A stretch of DNA of 64,000 bases from Spirochaetota bacterium (GCA_009787025.1 WRGT01000072.1:12393-76392); one strand, 5' to 3'; shown: positions 1 to 10,963, counted from the first letter of the stretch. Made by a program: numbers and translations. The notes: generated by a model not told the origin, from the letters alone.

Positions 1-90
1 TCCGCCTCGTCAGGAGAGGATAAAAGTCAAATTTCAAAAACTGATAAAAGAGGGGATTCTGGCTTCAACTGCAATAAAGTATAGTGAATT
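1..90 (+). CDS. 3' end of an upstream hypothetical protein (partial, start outside window)
   Basis: Frame-1 open from window edge to TAG at 88-90 (...GDSGFNCNKV*). Confidence 0.3.
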
Positions 91-180
91 ATCAGAGACA
101 GTAAATAAAAATGATTTCCGTACTAAACTGCAAAGTGATAATTCATTAAACAGCGATCAAAAAAAGTCTATTGAAAGAAT

Positions 181-1773
181 ATGTCTCAAATAACACTTTC
201 ATATAGCAATAAATATATTTGGTTGCTACTGTTATTTATACTATTGCACAGCAAAGTATCGGTTGGAAATAATTATGAAATAACCTTTAAGAACGGAGTA
301 ACAAGCGAGGTAATAGATTATGAAGGCGATTTGGCAAAGACTGTTTTTAGGAGTGGAACTTCCATTCTGCTTTCAGACACATTTATTTTTAATTTTACAT
401 ATCTTCGCAATATTGATGATGATATTTATACCTATACATGGAATTTATCGGCAAAAGAGATCGGCGGATTTCTAAATGTAACTGCCGGAAATTATAATCT
501 TCATTTTGGTTCCGGATTGATGATGGGGAGAAAAACATACTCTTCGAGCGATCCATTTTCTAAAAAAATATCTATCTCAAAAGATAAAACTATATCTCTG
601 TCAAATAACGGGAATCCTGAATATTCATTATACGGAACAGTATTGGAATTTTACAAAAATTTTGATGAAGCAAAAATATATCTTATCACATTCTTTTCAG
701 ATCAGAGAAGATTTATTACATCTGAAGCATTTGAGTCCGGCGCGATTGAATCATCTCTTTTTACATTAAATACAAAAGCTATACAAAGTAAAAACCATAC
801 AGAGCCTGTAAATATAATAAATTATGGAGGAGTCTTAGGTCTGTTGTCTTCTCAATTTAACTTTCAACTATACTACTTTGAAACGGATTTAAAAGGAGAT
901 TCTGGAAAAGATATTTTATGGGATAAAAAAAAGTATTTTGCTCCTGATGGCGTTGATCTGATAAAAAACTCAGGACTATTTGCTGAATATAGAGATAACA
1001 ATTTATCATTCTTTATAGAACCGGCAATATCGACTATTGTTAATGAAACAACTGTAACAGATTATGCCATAGCATGGGGGATTGGAATTAAAAATCAGAT
1101 TATGAATCTCTCTATAAGTGGTAAAAATTGCGGTCTATATTTTCATTCCGAATATTCATCAGGAAATAGAATGCCTGAAAATGTATGGGAACTTAAGTGT
1201 GGGATTTACCCAATGAAGCCGTTTGAAATAGGATGTGTAATTTACAGCGAAAAAAATCTTGCGCCGGCATACAACAGGGACTATATCGAAGGATCAATTC
1301 ATGAAGAAATTTATGCTGCTGCAAATTTTAAGAATATAAAGATAAATTCTAATTTTAAAAGAGTGGAGCATTATTCTACTGATAGGAACGATACGGCAGA
1401 TCAGATAAATTTAAGATCAGAATTTCATGTTTCAAAAAATCTCTTTTTTAAACTAAGATCAACTGTGCAGAAAAAACAAGATGATACATCTTATCTTTAC
1501 GGAGGAGAGGTAAGAACAATACTTTTTGATAATTTTTATCTCGCACTTGGATATACTAAAATTGAAGTCGGCGGAACAACTCCTATCTATGCTGTAATAA
1601 CGCCTGCCTCTGAGCATTCTCTGATTACGCGTTTTAAAGATTCCGGACATGGAGGCTCAATATATTTCAGATATAAAAAAAATAAAGATTCATTCTATAT
1701 AAGATTTACGACAATGAAAACAGAAACAATGTATAAAAAAAATATTGAATCAGCCTTAGTATTGGTTTTTTAG
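181..1773 (+). CDS. hypothetical secreted / outer-membrane protein
   Basis: N-terminal signal peptide (YIWLLLLFILLHSKVSVG), no cytoplasmic motifs, C-terminus LVLVF ending in Phe as in beta-barrel OMPs. Confidence 0.55.
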   Translation: MSQITLSYSNKYIWLLLLFILLHSKVSVGNNYEITFKNGVTSEVIDYEGDLAKTVFRSGTSILLSDTFIFNFTYLRNIDDDIYTYTWNLSAKEIGGFLNVTAGNYNLHFGSGLMMGRKTYSSSDPFSKKISISKDKTISLSNNGNPEYSLYGTVLEFYKNFDEAKIYLITFFSDQRRFITSEAFESGAIESSLFTLNTKAIQSKNHTEPVNIINYGGVLGLLSSQFNFQLYYFETDLKGDSGKDILWDKKKYFAPDGVDLIKNSGLFAEYRDNNLSFFIEPAISTIVNETTVTDYAIAWGIGIKNQIMNLSISGKNCGLYFHSEYSSGNRMPENVWELKCGIYPMKPFEIGCVIYSEKNLAPAYNRDYIEGSIHEEIYAAANFKNIKINSNFKRVEHYSTDRNDTADQINLRSEFHVSKNLFFKLRSTVQKKQDDTSYLYGGEVRTILFDNFYLALGYTKIEVGGTTPIYAVITPASEHSLITRFKDSGHGGSIYFRYKKNKDSFYIRFTTMKTETMYKKNIESALVLVF

Positions 1774-3276
1774 GTTATTGTAAATCTCTGCCGATTTTTC
1801 TATAAGTATCCCTTCTTCATTCATTTCAGGTAAATCTAAAACAATCTCCAGGAGCTCTTGAAGTATCTTACCGATTATAGGACCGGGCTTTAGGCTGAAT
1901 CTATCCATAAGAATAATCCCATTTATCTTTAAATCCTTTACAGTAATAGCATTTTCAGCCTCTATTATCTTATCAATACGATTCTGAAGTTTTATAACAG
2001 GTCCGGGAATCCCATTGCGCGACCCATTTCCCTGTCTGTCTGCCTCTCTTAAAAGAAAAAGGTCAGGAATATTTTCAACTCCAACTTTACGCATAAATCT
2101 TCTGACTGCGCCGTCACTCCAATCGTCGGTATAGTGAAACATATGATTAATTATCAAATTATTGACTGTTTCAATTTCCGTATTAGAAAATTTTAATCTT
2201 TTCATTATCTTATTAACAATGCGCGCACCGACAATCTCATGATTATAAAAAGTATAATCGCCATTATCGCCTATCCGCTTGGTATTCACCTTTCCAATAT
2301 CATGCAAAAGAGCTACAAGGCGTATGAGCGGTTTATCAGCGGGAGCTGCATCACATGAATATAGGCTATGATAGTATATGTCATGTGTATGATACTTATT
2401 CTGGTCAATACCATAACAATCGTCAAGCTCCGGAAACCATAGCTTCAAAAGACCGGTCTTTCTCATATATTCAAATCCGATAGATGGCAACCCCGCGCTT
2501 AACAACTTCATTAATTCATCCCTCACTCTTTCGGCAGATACCATAGAGGCAATATTGATTGTATCTTTAATAGCATCAAAAGTATTTTGTTCTATACTAA
2601 ACCCAAGCTTAGCCGCAATTCTGCATGCCCTGAAAGTTCTTAAGCCGTCTTCATTAAATCTGTCAATAGGATTCCCTATAGTACGGATTATACCTCTATT
2701 TAAATCATCAATGCCGCCTGCATAATCTATGACCTCATCTTTTAAAATATCATAAGCAAGTCCATTGATTGTAAAATCTCTTCTCATTACATCTTTATTG
2801 AGAGTATCGGCATAATCAACATTTTCAGGCCTTCTCCCGTCAATGTATTTACCGTCAGACCTGAAGGTTGTTACCTCAAGCTTAAGACTGTTAAATAATA
2901 CAGTTACAGTGCCATGCTTAATTCCTGTAGGAATTACTTTACGGAAAAGCTTCATTATCTGTTCCGGTCTTGCATTAGTAGCAAAATCATAGTCATATAC
3001 TTCATAACCAAGTATAAGATCACGAACACATCCGCCGATAAGACAGCATTCAAAACCATGATTATGAAAAATATTTACGAATTCATGCAATTGAGAATAG
3101 TATTCGGCAGGTATTTTCAAACTACTTATATTCATATCTTTTAAAAACTTCATTTTAAAATTATTTAATAATCTCATTAAAATAATTATCGATATATTCG
3201 GAAAATTATCTTTAAGTAAATTTTTATCTATTATAATAACTCTGTGCCAATTAAAACTCAATATATCATCAGTCAA
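1756..3276 (-). CDS. cca: CCA-adding tRNA nucleotidyltransferase with HD domain
   Basis: GGCVRDLILG polymerase-beta motif, DFATNARPEQ, HD motif LLHDIGK; track start is a TTG; first in-frame ATG (MKFLKDM) at 3153 may be the true start. Confidence 0.75.
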   Translation of the reverse strand: MTDDILSFNWHRVIIIDKNLLKDNFPNISIIILMRLLNNFKMKFLKDMNISSLKIPAEYYSQLHEFVNIFHNHGFECCLIGGCVRDLILGYEVYDYDFATNARPEQIMKLFRKVIPTGIKHGTVTVLFNSLKLEVTTFRSDGKYIDGRRPENVDYADTLNKDVMRRDFTINGLAYDILKDEVIDYAGGIDDLNRGIIRTIGNPIDRFNEDGLRTFRACRIAAKLGFSIEQNTFDAIKDTINIASMVSAERVRDELMKLLSAGLPSIGFEYMRKTGLLKLWFPELDDCYGIDQNKYHTHDIYYHSLYSCDAAPADKPLIRLVALLHDIGKVNTKRIGDNGDYTFYNHEIVGARIVNKIMKRLKFSNTEIETVNNLIINHMFHYTDDWSDGAVRRFMRKVGVENIPDLFLLREADRQGNGSRNGIPGPVIKLQNRIDKIIEAENAITVKDLKINGIILMDRFSLKPGPIIGKILQELLEIVLDLPEMNEEGILIEKSAEIYNNLKNQY

Positions 3277-3398
3277 TAAGGAAATATCAGAACCAAGATT
3301 TTATTAATGTTTACAGATCACTGCAAGTTCAATTATTCTTGACTCCTTTATAAATAAAAAATCTACTTAAAATCTATTTAAAAAGCAATGGAATAACA

Positions 3399-4541
3399 AT
3401 GAAAAAAAAGAAGAAAAGAATCTTTGCCGAGCTTATTGATAAATACAGAGGTAAAGGCTGCGAGCCTCAATGCAAATATTTTGGTGAATGCGGCGGTTGT
3501 ATGTTTCAAGATATCCAATATGAAAATCAACTTTTACTAAAAAAAGAGTATATCAATTCAATATTTGACGGAATATGCAGAGTAGATTCCGTTATTCCGT
3601 CAAATCCTTATTATTATAGAAATAGAATGGATATGGTTACTGCCTTTGGCAAAAAAGGTCTTAGAAGATCGGGTCATTATAAACATGTAGTTGATATTGA
3701 AACTTGCGCGATAATGCAAAAAAAAGCAGATGAACTTTATAGCATGACCAGAGATCTTCTATCTGAAATTGAAGATTACGATTATCTAAGACATGAAGGT
3801 TACTTAAGATATATAGTTCTGCGTCAGGCAAGGTTTACAGGAGAGGTTATGATTAACTTCGTTGTTTCAAATCCTGAAAATAGATTGCAATTTGTAATCT
3901 ATGATCTTTTAGAAGAAGTAGATTCTTCATCAATAATTCTAAGCAGCGGACTTGCAGATCTCAATTATGGCGAAACATTTCAAACCCTAAAGAAAGGATT
4001 TATTACAGAGACATTTGACGGTATTGATTTCATGATAACGCCGAATTCTTTTTTTCAATCAAACTCTGAGATTGCATTACAGATATACAGAAAAATCCTT
4101 TCGTTCACAAAGGGAAAAGTCTTAGACCTCTACTCCGGTGTAGGGAGTATATCTCTGTTTATATCCGGTGCGGCAGAGAGTGTTACCGGCATCGAAATTG
4201 TTAATGAGGCTGTTGAAGTTGCTGAAAGGAACAGAGAGGATAATGAAATAGAGAATGTACAGTTTATATGCGCAGACGCCGGACAATTTATTAAGGAGAA
4301 TAATGGAAATTTTGATACACTGATACTTGATCCTCCAAGGAGCGGAATGAATCCTAAAATGTTAAAATATATAAACGAAATGTCGCCTGAACAGATTATA
4401 TATATGTCATGCAATCCTTCAACATGCAGAGATGATGTAAAGCAGTTAGAGAATTACAAAATTGATTTTTTTGAAGCATACGACATGTTCCCGCAGACCC
4501 CCCATGTAGAAACGCTTATGAAATTATCCCGCAGCCATTGA
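3399..4541 (+). CDS. TrmA/RlmD-family RNA (uracil-5)-methyltransferase with N-terminal Fe-S cysteine cluster
   Basis: CEPQCKYFGECGGC cluster, SAM motif LDLYSGVGSISLF, LDPPRSGM, catalytic SCNPSTC. Confidence 0.7.
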   Translation: MKKKKKRIFAELIDKYRGKGCEPQCKYFGECGGCMFQDIQYENQLLLKKEYINSIFDGICRVDSVIPSNPYYYRNRMDMVTAFGKKGLRRSGHYKHVVDIETCAIMQKKADELYSMTRDLLSEIEDYDYLRHEGYLRYIVLRQARFTGEVMINFVVSNPENRLQFVIYDLLEEVDSSSIILSSGLADLNYGETFQTLKKGFITETFDGIDFMITPNSFFQSNSEIALQIYRKILSFTKGKVLDLYSGVGSISLFISGAAESVTGIEIVNEAVEVAERNREDNEIENVQFICADAGQFIKENNGNFDTLILDPPRSGMNPKMLKYINEMSPEQIIYMSCNPSTCRDDVKQLENYKIDFFEAYDMFPQTPHVETLMKLSRSH

Positions 4542-4692
4542 ATGATAAACCAAATTTCACGCAGCAGATAGAAAAACAGCAGATTAAAAAATAGAACAAG
4601 TTTTTATTGAAACTAAATTCTATTGACTTATTTTTATATTATTATAATTTATTAACCATAAAAATTGAATATTAAGGAGAAAAATTTTACCT

Positions 4693-4728
4693 GTCTTATG
4701 TAGCCAAACTACGGATAAGACATTTTCT
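4693..4728 (+). terminator. imperfect hairpin + T-tract between rRNA-MTase gene and GC-rich adh insert
   Basis: tgtcttatgtag...ctacggataagaca followed by ttttct. Confidence 0.3.
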
Positions 4729-4759
4729 ACTCCCTATAATTAATTTGGAGGCATAAAAT

Positions 4760-5968
4760 ATGTATAATCTATTTTGTAGGATATTCCAATTCATTATGAA
4801 GTATTCTGCCTATGTGTTGCCGTGGCGCAAGCCTGCGCTGATTGAGGGCGAGAACTGCATTTTGAACTTGCCCGGGCGGATTAAAGAAAAGGGCATTAAA
4901 AGCGTTTTGCTGGTTACCGACAAAGGAATCAGTTCGATAGGACTCATGAACCCTTTGATGGCGGCTCTGAAGGATATTGGCATACAGGTAACGATGTATG
5001 ACAAGACAGTGCCCAATCCTACTATTGATAACATCGAAGAAGCGCTGGTGGTGTACAAAGAAAACAAGTGCGCCGGGCTGATAGCCTTTGGAGGCGGCAG
5101 CGCAATGGATTGTGCTAAGGGCGTAGGTGCGCGGGCTGCGCGACCGCGGACCAGTATTAAGCGAATGAAAGGGCTGCTCAAAATTTGGTTTCGCCTGCCG
5201 CCCCTGTATGCCGTGCCGACTACGGCAGGGTCCGGCAGCGAAGCCACTGTGGCGGCAGTCATAGTGGACAGCCAGACGCATGAAAAGTACGCGATGATGG
5301 ATCCTGTGCTGATACCGCTTGAGGCTGTACTGGATCCGGTGCTGACGGTAAAACTACCGCCTGCGGTCACAGCGGCAACCGGCATGGATGCCCTTACGCA
5401 TGCAGTAGAGGCGTACATCGGGCGCAGTAACACGCGGGAGACACGCGAGATGGCACGGAAGGCAGTAGAACTGATTTTTGAAAATTTGTATGCGGCGTAT
5501 GAGAATGGCGCTGACATTAAAGCAAGGGCGAATATGCAGCGCGCTGCCTATTACGCGGGCATAGCGTTTACACGGGCGTATGTGGGTAATGTACACGCAA
5601 TCGCTCACACTCTGGGCGGCATGTATGATGTTCCGCACGGTTTGGCAAACGCTGTTATACTCCCCTACGTGCTGGACGATTATGGAGAAAGCGCCTACAA
5701 ACCGCTGGCTGAATTAGCCGATATAGTAAAATTGCCGGGAAACACGACTGAGTTGAAGGCAAAAGCATTTATAGAGTCTGTACGGAAAATGAATGAGCGC
5801 ATGGGTATTCCTACTACTATAGATGGGATTAAGGAGGAAGATATTCCGATAATGGTGAAGCGGGCGTTCCACGAAGCAAATCCAAGCTATCCGGTACCGC
5901 GCATATTTACGCGAAAGGATTTTACCGGCGTTTACCACAGACTGATGGGCAAATCCGCCGTGAATTGA
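4760..5968 (+). CDS. iron-containing (group III) alcohol dehydrogenase, horizontally acquired
   Basis: GGGSAMDCAKGV Fe-ADH signature, metal-binding His-rich C-terminal half (HAIAHTLGGMYDVPHG); gene is about 55% GC versus about 28% flanks. Confidence 0.8.
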   Translation: MYNLFCRIFQFIMKYSAYVLPWRKPALIEGENCILNLPGRIKEKGIKSVLLVTDKGISSIGLMNPLMAALKDIGIQVTMYDKTVPNPTIDNIEEALVVYKENKCAGLIAFGGGSAMDCAKGVGARAARPRTSIKRMKGLLKIWFRLPPLYAVPTTAGSGSEATVAAVIVDSQTHEKYAMMDPVLIPLEAVLDPVLTVKLPPAVTAATGMDALTHAVEAYIGRSNTRETREMARKAVELIFENLYAAYENGADIKARANMQRAAYYAGIAFTRAYVGNVHAIAHTLGGMYDVPHGLANAVILPYVLDDYGESAYKPLAELADIVKLPGNTTELKAKAFIESVRKMNERMGIPTTIDGIKEEDIPIMVKRAFHEANPSYPVPRIFTRKDFTGVYHRLMGKSAVN

Positions 5969-6070
5969 TAAGCGGCGGGTTAAATGACCGTGTGACAGAT
6001 TATGCCGCCCAAAAATGATCTTGGCAAGTATTTGGGCTGCAAAGGACTGGCAAGATAATATAATACTTAA

Positions 6071-7261
6071 ATGTTTAATAATATAAATAGCAACTCACTC
6101 AAACGAAGAATAAAAAGACATGTAATCGGCGTGGAACATGTTTTCTTCTCTATTGTTCAACCCGGATTTGAGAACACAGCAAAAAACGAATTATCAAATA
6201 TGGGATTAATGGTCAAAGACAATTTCATAGATGGCGGAGTAGAATTTTCAGGAAAGCTCGATTCATGCTTTCTTGGGTCTCTCCTTTCACGCACCGGCAA
6301 TCGCATTATAATGCGCATTGGCGAGTTTAGAGCCGCAAATTACTATGAGCTTGAACGTCAAATCAGATCATTTCCATGGGAGCTTTATATCTCACCAGAA
6401 TGTAAAATTTTATTTAGAAGCAGTTCTTCAAAATCCAAGATATATCACACAGGCAAATTAGAGGAAATATTCAGTAATGGAATAAATGAAAGACTTATAA
6501 AATATAATATTATTTCACATGATGAAGATCACAAATATTCTCAAATAATCTTTTTAAGAAATAATAGGGATATCTGCACGGTAAGTTTAGATGCATCTGG
6601 AGAATTTCTCTATAAAAGAGGTATAAGAAAAAACATCAATATAGCCCCTATACGGGAAACTACAGCATCTTTAATACTGCTTGAATCCAAGATAGAGAAT
6701 TATGACTTAATAATTGACCCTATGTGCGGTTCCGGAACATTCAGTATTGAGGCTGCTTCTATTTTTACAAAAACTCCGCCCGGATTAAAAAAAGAATTTA
6801 CATTCATGTACTGGTCATCTTTTAAAGAAAAATCATATAACTATATAAAAAAAAATTTAATAAAAGATATTATTCCGCAGGAAAAGATTAAGCAGGATAT
6901 AATAACATCTGACATTGATGATAAAGAAGTAGAAACAGCTAAATCAAATATCCCGGAAGAATTAAGCAAAATAATAACTCCTAAAGTAGCTGATTTTTTT
7001 TCTCTCTCAGGTGATATTGCAAAAAACAAAAAAACACTAATAGTTCTTAATCCGCCTTATGGGAAAAGAATTAATAGTCAAAATATAAAATCTATCTATA
7101 CAGAAATAGGTAAAAAGATTAGGAGTGATTTTAAGAATTGCGCCTATGCAATAATCATCCCTGCTCATGAGAAAGAAAGTTCTCTTAATTTAAAATATGA
7201 TCAAAAAATAGCTATTATGAACGGAGGAATAAAAGTAAAAATTCTTTTTAAATATTTATAA
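6071..7261 (+). CDS. THUMP-domain class I SAM-dependent RNA methyltransferase (RlmL/UPF0020-like)
   Basis: DPMCGSGTFSIEAA motif I and LNPPYGKR motif IV after an N-terminal THUMP-like region. Confidence 0.65.
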   Translation: MFNNINSNSLKRRIKRHVIGVEHVFFSIVQPGFENTAKNELSNMGLMVKDNFIDGGVEFSGKLDSCFLGSLLSRTGNRIIMRIGEFRAANYYELERQIRSFPWELYISPECKILFRSSSSKSKIYHTGKLEEIFSNGINERLIKYNIISHDEDHKYSQIIFLRNNRDICTVSLDASGEFLYKRGIRKNINIAPIRETTASLILLESKIENYDLIIDPMCGSGTFSIEAASIFTKTPPGLKKEFTFMYWSSFKEKSYNYIKKNLIKDIIPQEKIKQDIITSDIDDKEVETAKSNIPEELSKIITPKVADFFSLSGDIAKNKKTLIVLNPPYGKRINSQNIKSIYTEIGKKIRSDFKNCAYAIIIPAHEKESSLNLKYDQKIAIMNGGIKVKILFKYL

Positions 7262-7332
7262 ATATATTTATGTTATTGAAATTTTTTTTGAGATAATTTA
7301 TTATTTACATTAAAATAAATAATGAGGAAATT

Positions 7333-9804
7333 TTGAAAACCATTGATCAAAATATAGACCAATACTTGGAAGAGGTTGGAAGGGATTCAGAGGAGCATAA
7401 AAAATATCTGGAAAAATTGATCAGAGTTCTTAATGACATGAAATCCTCTGCCAGTCAGGCTGAAAAAAAACATTATATCCCTTTTAAACAAACGGTTGAT
7501 AATTTTAGTCGTTTCCTCGTAGAAAAAAATATTAAACTTATACCCGAGGAAGAAAACCGTTTTTCAATAATTGCAGCATCGGGGCTTAACAATCTTGCGA
7601 AGAAACGAATGGCTGAAGATCTCATACACCAGATTAAAAATCGCGTAGCTACAGATCTTAGTCAAAAAATTGAACTTGATAAAATGAAGAAAGATATTGC
7701 CCTTCTCAATAAATCTAAATTTCGATTAGCCGATTGGTGCAGGCTTACTAAATTTGCATTTAAATATAATACAATCACACTTTTTTTTCATAGATACAAA
7801 GCCGAATCGCTTAATATCATCACTATTAAATGCGCTCTTGCTTATAACGAGATCAAATCAGAACTTAAGTCGATTCTTGATGAATACTATTATTATCTCA
7901 CGGTTCTTGAATATAATGCTATTGTTAAACTATATAATATGGGGGAAGCTATAGATAATCTAATTGCTATGAATCGAAGTCCTTCATATAACCCTTCTGA
8001 CATACTTGAGCAAATGAACGATTTTACATCGTCTTTTATTTATGTTATGCGTAACATTAACTCTATTGATAGAGGCTTAGAAAAGGTAACAAAAAATAGA
8101 CAGTCTGTACATGGATTTATAGGGAATGTTTGGTTTCTTACCGACAGAAAAATATTCAATAACAAAGTAAAAAGATATAGAAAGAGCGAAATAATGAATA
8201 AAACTATTGCAGGATCATTATATTCATTTTACACTTCCTCTCTTGGTGTTATAGTAAATACATTTAACCAATTAATGTATATAACGAAAGTAACCGGCGA
8301 GTTAGATCATTCAAAAAAGGAATATACTCTTGAAGCTACACGGAAAATTGAAAATGAAAGCCGTACCCAAAATGAAGAAATTAATAAAACTCAATCTAAG
8401 CTATCTGAGATTATAAACATAACAACAAAATATAGCGATATGGGAAAAATCCTGTCAAAGAGACTTTTTGAAATTGAAGCGCGAAGCAGTCTATCGGCAT
8501 GGAATAAAGATGCTCAAACTAAACCTTTCTTTAAACTTATAAAAATTTTTGATGCATACATAAAGTATATTCTTGAGATGATTATAGGCAGTGAAAATTT
8601 AGAACTTGAATATGATAACAATACAATAAAAAATTATTTTGAACGCTACCCGCATATTATAAAAGCAATTGAAGAATGCAGGGCATTCTCCGTAGACCTT
8701 CAAGGCACAAAGGGAAAAGACTTGCAAAATTATAAAATATCTTCTGAAAATGAAAAAAATGAATTCATCCAAAACCTTATGGGAAGCGAAAGTACATTAT
8801 CACTTCCCAGCGGCACAAAACATCTACGTGAAACATTGAATGAGATGTCTGCAATATGTTATAATATCTGTATGAGATTTAACGATCTGTTAAATAAATA
8901 TTACCAATCTGAAAAAATCGAGTTAAATGATATTGCGGATAATTACAATTTTCTTTTCAATGCAAAGATAATTCATCCAAAGGTACGCAATCTTGAAACT
9001 ATACTAAATAAAAAACAGGTATATCTTGTAGACCTGCTTGAAGCCTGCTGTTCTATGGCTGTATTCTTTTCTGAGAGTCTATACCACAAAGGGATACAAG
9101 CCGTATATGCTGATGTTATAAAACTTCAAAGAGAAATCGACGAATATAATCTGGAAAGCCGCGTAAAAATACAGCATTTTGATACAGAGGATGATGAAAA
9201 TAGAGCTAATAACCGAATTTATAATGACACGCTAACAGGTATAAAAAATTGGCAATATTTTGAAGATTTTATCCTTCCGGAATTTTATGATGATGATGGA
9301 AATTATTCAAAAGATAAACTGCGCCATGTATTTTGTATGAAACTATCAAATCTTGTTGAGATTAATCGTATATGCGGCAATGATGTAGGTAATGTCGTCT
9401 ATAAAAAATTCAGCAAAATCGCAAAAGAGACATTCAGCACTACAGATAGCGATAGCATATTGCTGAGATATAAAGAAGGATTAATTATCGGATATATTGA
9501 TAATACCTCTGTAATTGAAGCAGTAGATATTCTTTTTAAAATCTTAAACAAAATAAAGGCATATTCGCTGAATAGCGGAATACAATCTTTACCTGATATA
9601 ATTTTTAATGCCGGGATATATACAGAAAGAAAAGGATCAAATGCATTAAAAAATATAGAGATAGCGCAGAAAATTATGCAACAAAGAACTGATAAAGAAG
9701 CTGGTCATGTAGTATTTTTAAGACATGCCGACAGAATAATAAAAAATAATGATTTTAATAGCAAAGGGGAACTAAAACCTGAATTTGTGTCTGTGTTAAG
9801 TTAA
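7333..9804 (+). CDS. large cytoplasmic coiled-coil protein with C-terminal degenerate GGDEF-like domain
   Basis: C-terminus DTLTGIKNWQYFED ... LLRYKEGLIIGYID parallels the DxLTGLxNRRxF ... RYGGEEF layout with the GGDEF motif replaced; TTG start. Confidence 0.5.
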   Translation: MKTIDQNIDQYLEEVGRDSEEHKKYLEKLIRVLNDMKSSASQAEKKHYIPFKQTVDNFSRFLVEKNIKLIPEEENRFSIIAASGLNNLAKKRMAEDLIHQIKNRVATDLSQKIELDKMKKDIALLNKSKFRLADWCRLTKFAFKYNTITLFFHRYKAESLNIITIKCALAYNEIKSELKSILDEYYYYLTVLEYNAIVKLYNMGEAIDNLIAMNRSPSYNPSDILEQMNDFTSSFIYVMRNINSIDRGLEKVTKNRQSVHGFIGNVWFLTDRKIFNNKVKRYRKSEIMNKTIAGSLYSFYTSSLGVIVNTFNQLMYITKVTGELDHSKKEYTLEATRKIENESRTQNEEINKTQSKLSEIINITTKYSDMGKILSKRLFEIEARSSLSAWNKDAQTKPFFKLIKIFDAYIKYILEMIIGSENLELEYDNNTIKNYFERYPHIIKAIEECRAFSVDLQGTKGKDLQNYKISSENEKNEFIQNLMGSESTLSLPSGTKHLRETLNEMSAICYNICMRFNDLLNKYYQSEKIELNDIADNYNFLFNAKIIHPKVRNLETILNKKQVYLVDLLEACCSMAVFFSESLYHKGIQAVYADVIKLQREIDEYNLESRVKIQHFDTEDDENRANNRIYNDTLTGIKNWQYFEDFILPEFYDDDGNYSKDKLRHVFCMKLSNLVEINRICGNDVGNVVYKKFSKIAKETFSTTDSDSILLRYKEGLIIGYIDNTSVIEAVDILFKILNKIKAYSLNSGIQSLPDIIFNAGIYTERKGSNALKNIEIAQKIMQQRTDKEAGHVVFLRHADRIIKNNDFNSKGELKPEFVSVLS

Positions 9805-9817
9805 AAAAACAAAAAGT

Positions 9818-10006
9818 TCATACGGAAAATGTTGGATCTTTTTTTATCAAAATTTCTTTAATTTTTGATTCACCTGCTGAAAAATATATTATATGAGATT
9901 CCATCAAAGAGTATTCATTCATAACAGCAAAAAATTCTTCATCAAGGTTTGTATCAAGGAGATCTATCTCCCTTAATTTTCTATTTCCTATATATATTGC
10001 TTTCAT
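9818..10006 (-). CDS. small hypothetical protein (62 aa)
   Basis: ORF only, weak RBS; no recognisable motif. Confidence 0.25.
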   Translation of the reverse strand: MKAIYIGNRKLREIDLLDTNLDEEFFAVMNEYSLMESHIIYFSAGESKIKEILIKKDPTFSV

Positions 10007-10264
10007 AATTTACCCTAACTTTTTATTTAGCATACTCTAAATATTACCCAATTTAATATTTGTCCAGTATTTTAATACATTTTTTTCAATAAATATTCAA
10101 TAAATATAATTACATCTCAATGATAAAGGCTATTATTAAAAAATCATTATATTATGATTGATTTTTAGTATTGACTTTTTTTTAAGCGCTTATTGTAATT
10201 GCAGTAAATAATATATTCATGATATTGTTCAAGATAAAAAATTAACTATTAAAAAATAAAAAAT

Positions 10265-10960
10265 ATGAATAAAATTAAAAAATACTCAATAGCTACATCC
10301 GTTTTTATGCTAATCTTTTTTTCGGCAAATACATTTGCTTACAAATTTGAATTTATAACCGTTAGTGATGTAGTAAGCGAAACTAAAAAAAAATATAGCA
10401 GCCTTAAATCCTATCAGGCAAATTTTACAATAATCTCAGATAAAGGTGGGAAAAGAATAACTCAGACAGGAGTTCTAAAATTTAAATCCTCTGATAAATT
10501 ACTTATGGAGTTCTCCACTCCATCGAGACAAAAATTAGTATCTAATGGACAGATGATGTGGATATACATACCTTCCATGAATGTTGTAGCGGAACAGGAT
10601 CTTACATTTGAATCCGGGCTTTTTACTTCAGGCTCAGAGGCAGGACTTAACAGACTCTTTTCTAAATACCATTACAGGTTTGCATCAAAAGAAGAGCCTG
10701 AAACAATAAATGACGGGAGTAAACAATATACCCTTGTATTAAAACAGAAAGAGACCAGAGGCGGATATAAAACAATTAATCTATGGATATCAGAAGATTA
10801 CTTTATTAAAAGAGCAGAAGGTCTTACATCATCAGGTAAAAAAATAGAAATTACACTTTCAGATATAAAAACAGATGTTGATTTTCCTAATGCACTTTTT
10901 AAATTTGACATACCTGCATCAGCTCGAATAATAAAAAATCCTATGTTATCAGAGGAGTAA
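10265..10960 (+). CDS. LolA-like outer-membrane lipoprotein carrier / sorting protein
   Basis: signal peptide, about 230 aa, LolA-like beta-sandwich pattern (KSYQANFTI...GVLKFKSSDKLLMEF...NGQMMWIY). Confidence 0.55.
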   Translation: MNKIKKYSIATSVFMLIFFSANTFAYKFEFITVSDVVSETKKKYSSLKSYQANFTIISDKGGKRITQTGVLKFKSSDKLLMEFSTPSRQKLVSNGQMMWIYIPSMNVVAEQDLTFESGLFTSGSEAGLNRLFSKYHYRFASKEEPETINDGSKQYTLVLKQKETRGGYKTINLWISEDYFIKRAEGLTSSGKKIEITLSDIKTDVDFPNALFKFDIPASARIIKNPMLSEE

Positions 10961-10963
10961 GTC

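Noticed and set aside
4769-5938. Four long minus-strand ORFs (170, 235, 94, 74 aa) opposite the alcohol dehydrogenase gene
   Set aside because: They lie entirely within the roughly 55%-GC insert where stop codons are rare. Their products are Ala/Arg-rich low-complexity with no motifs. The plus-strand Fe-ADH has clear signatures.
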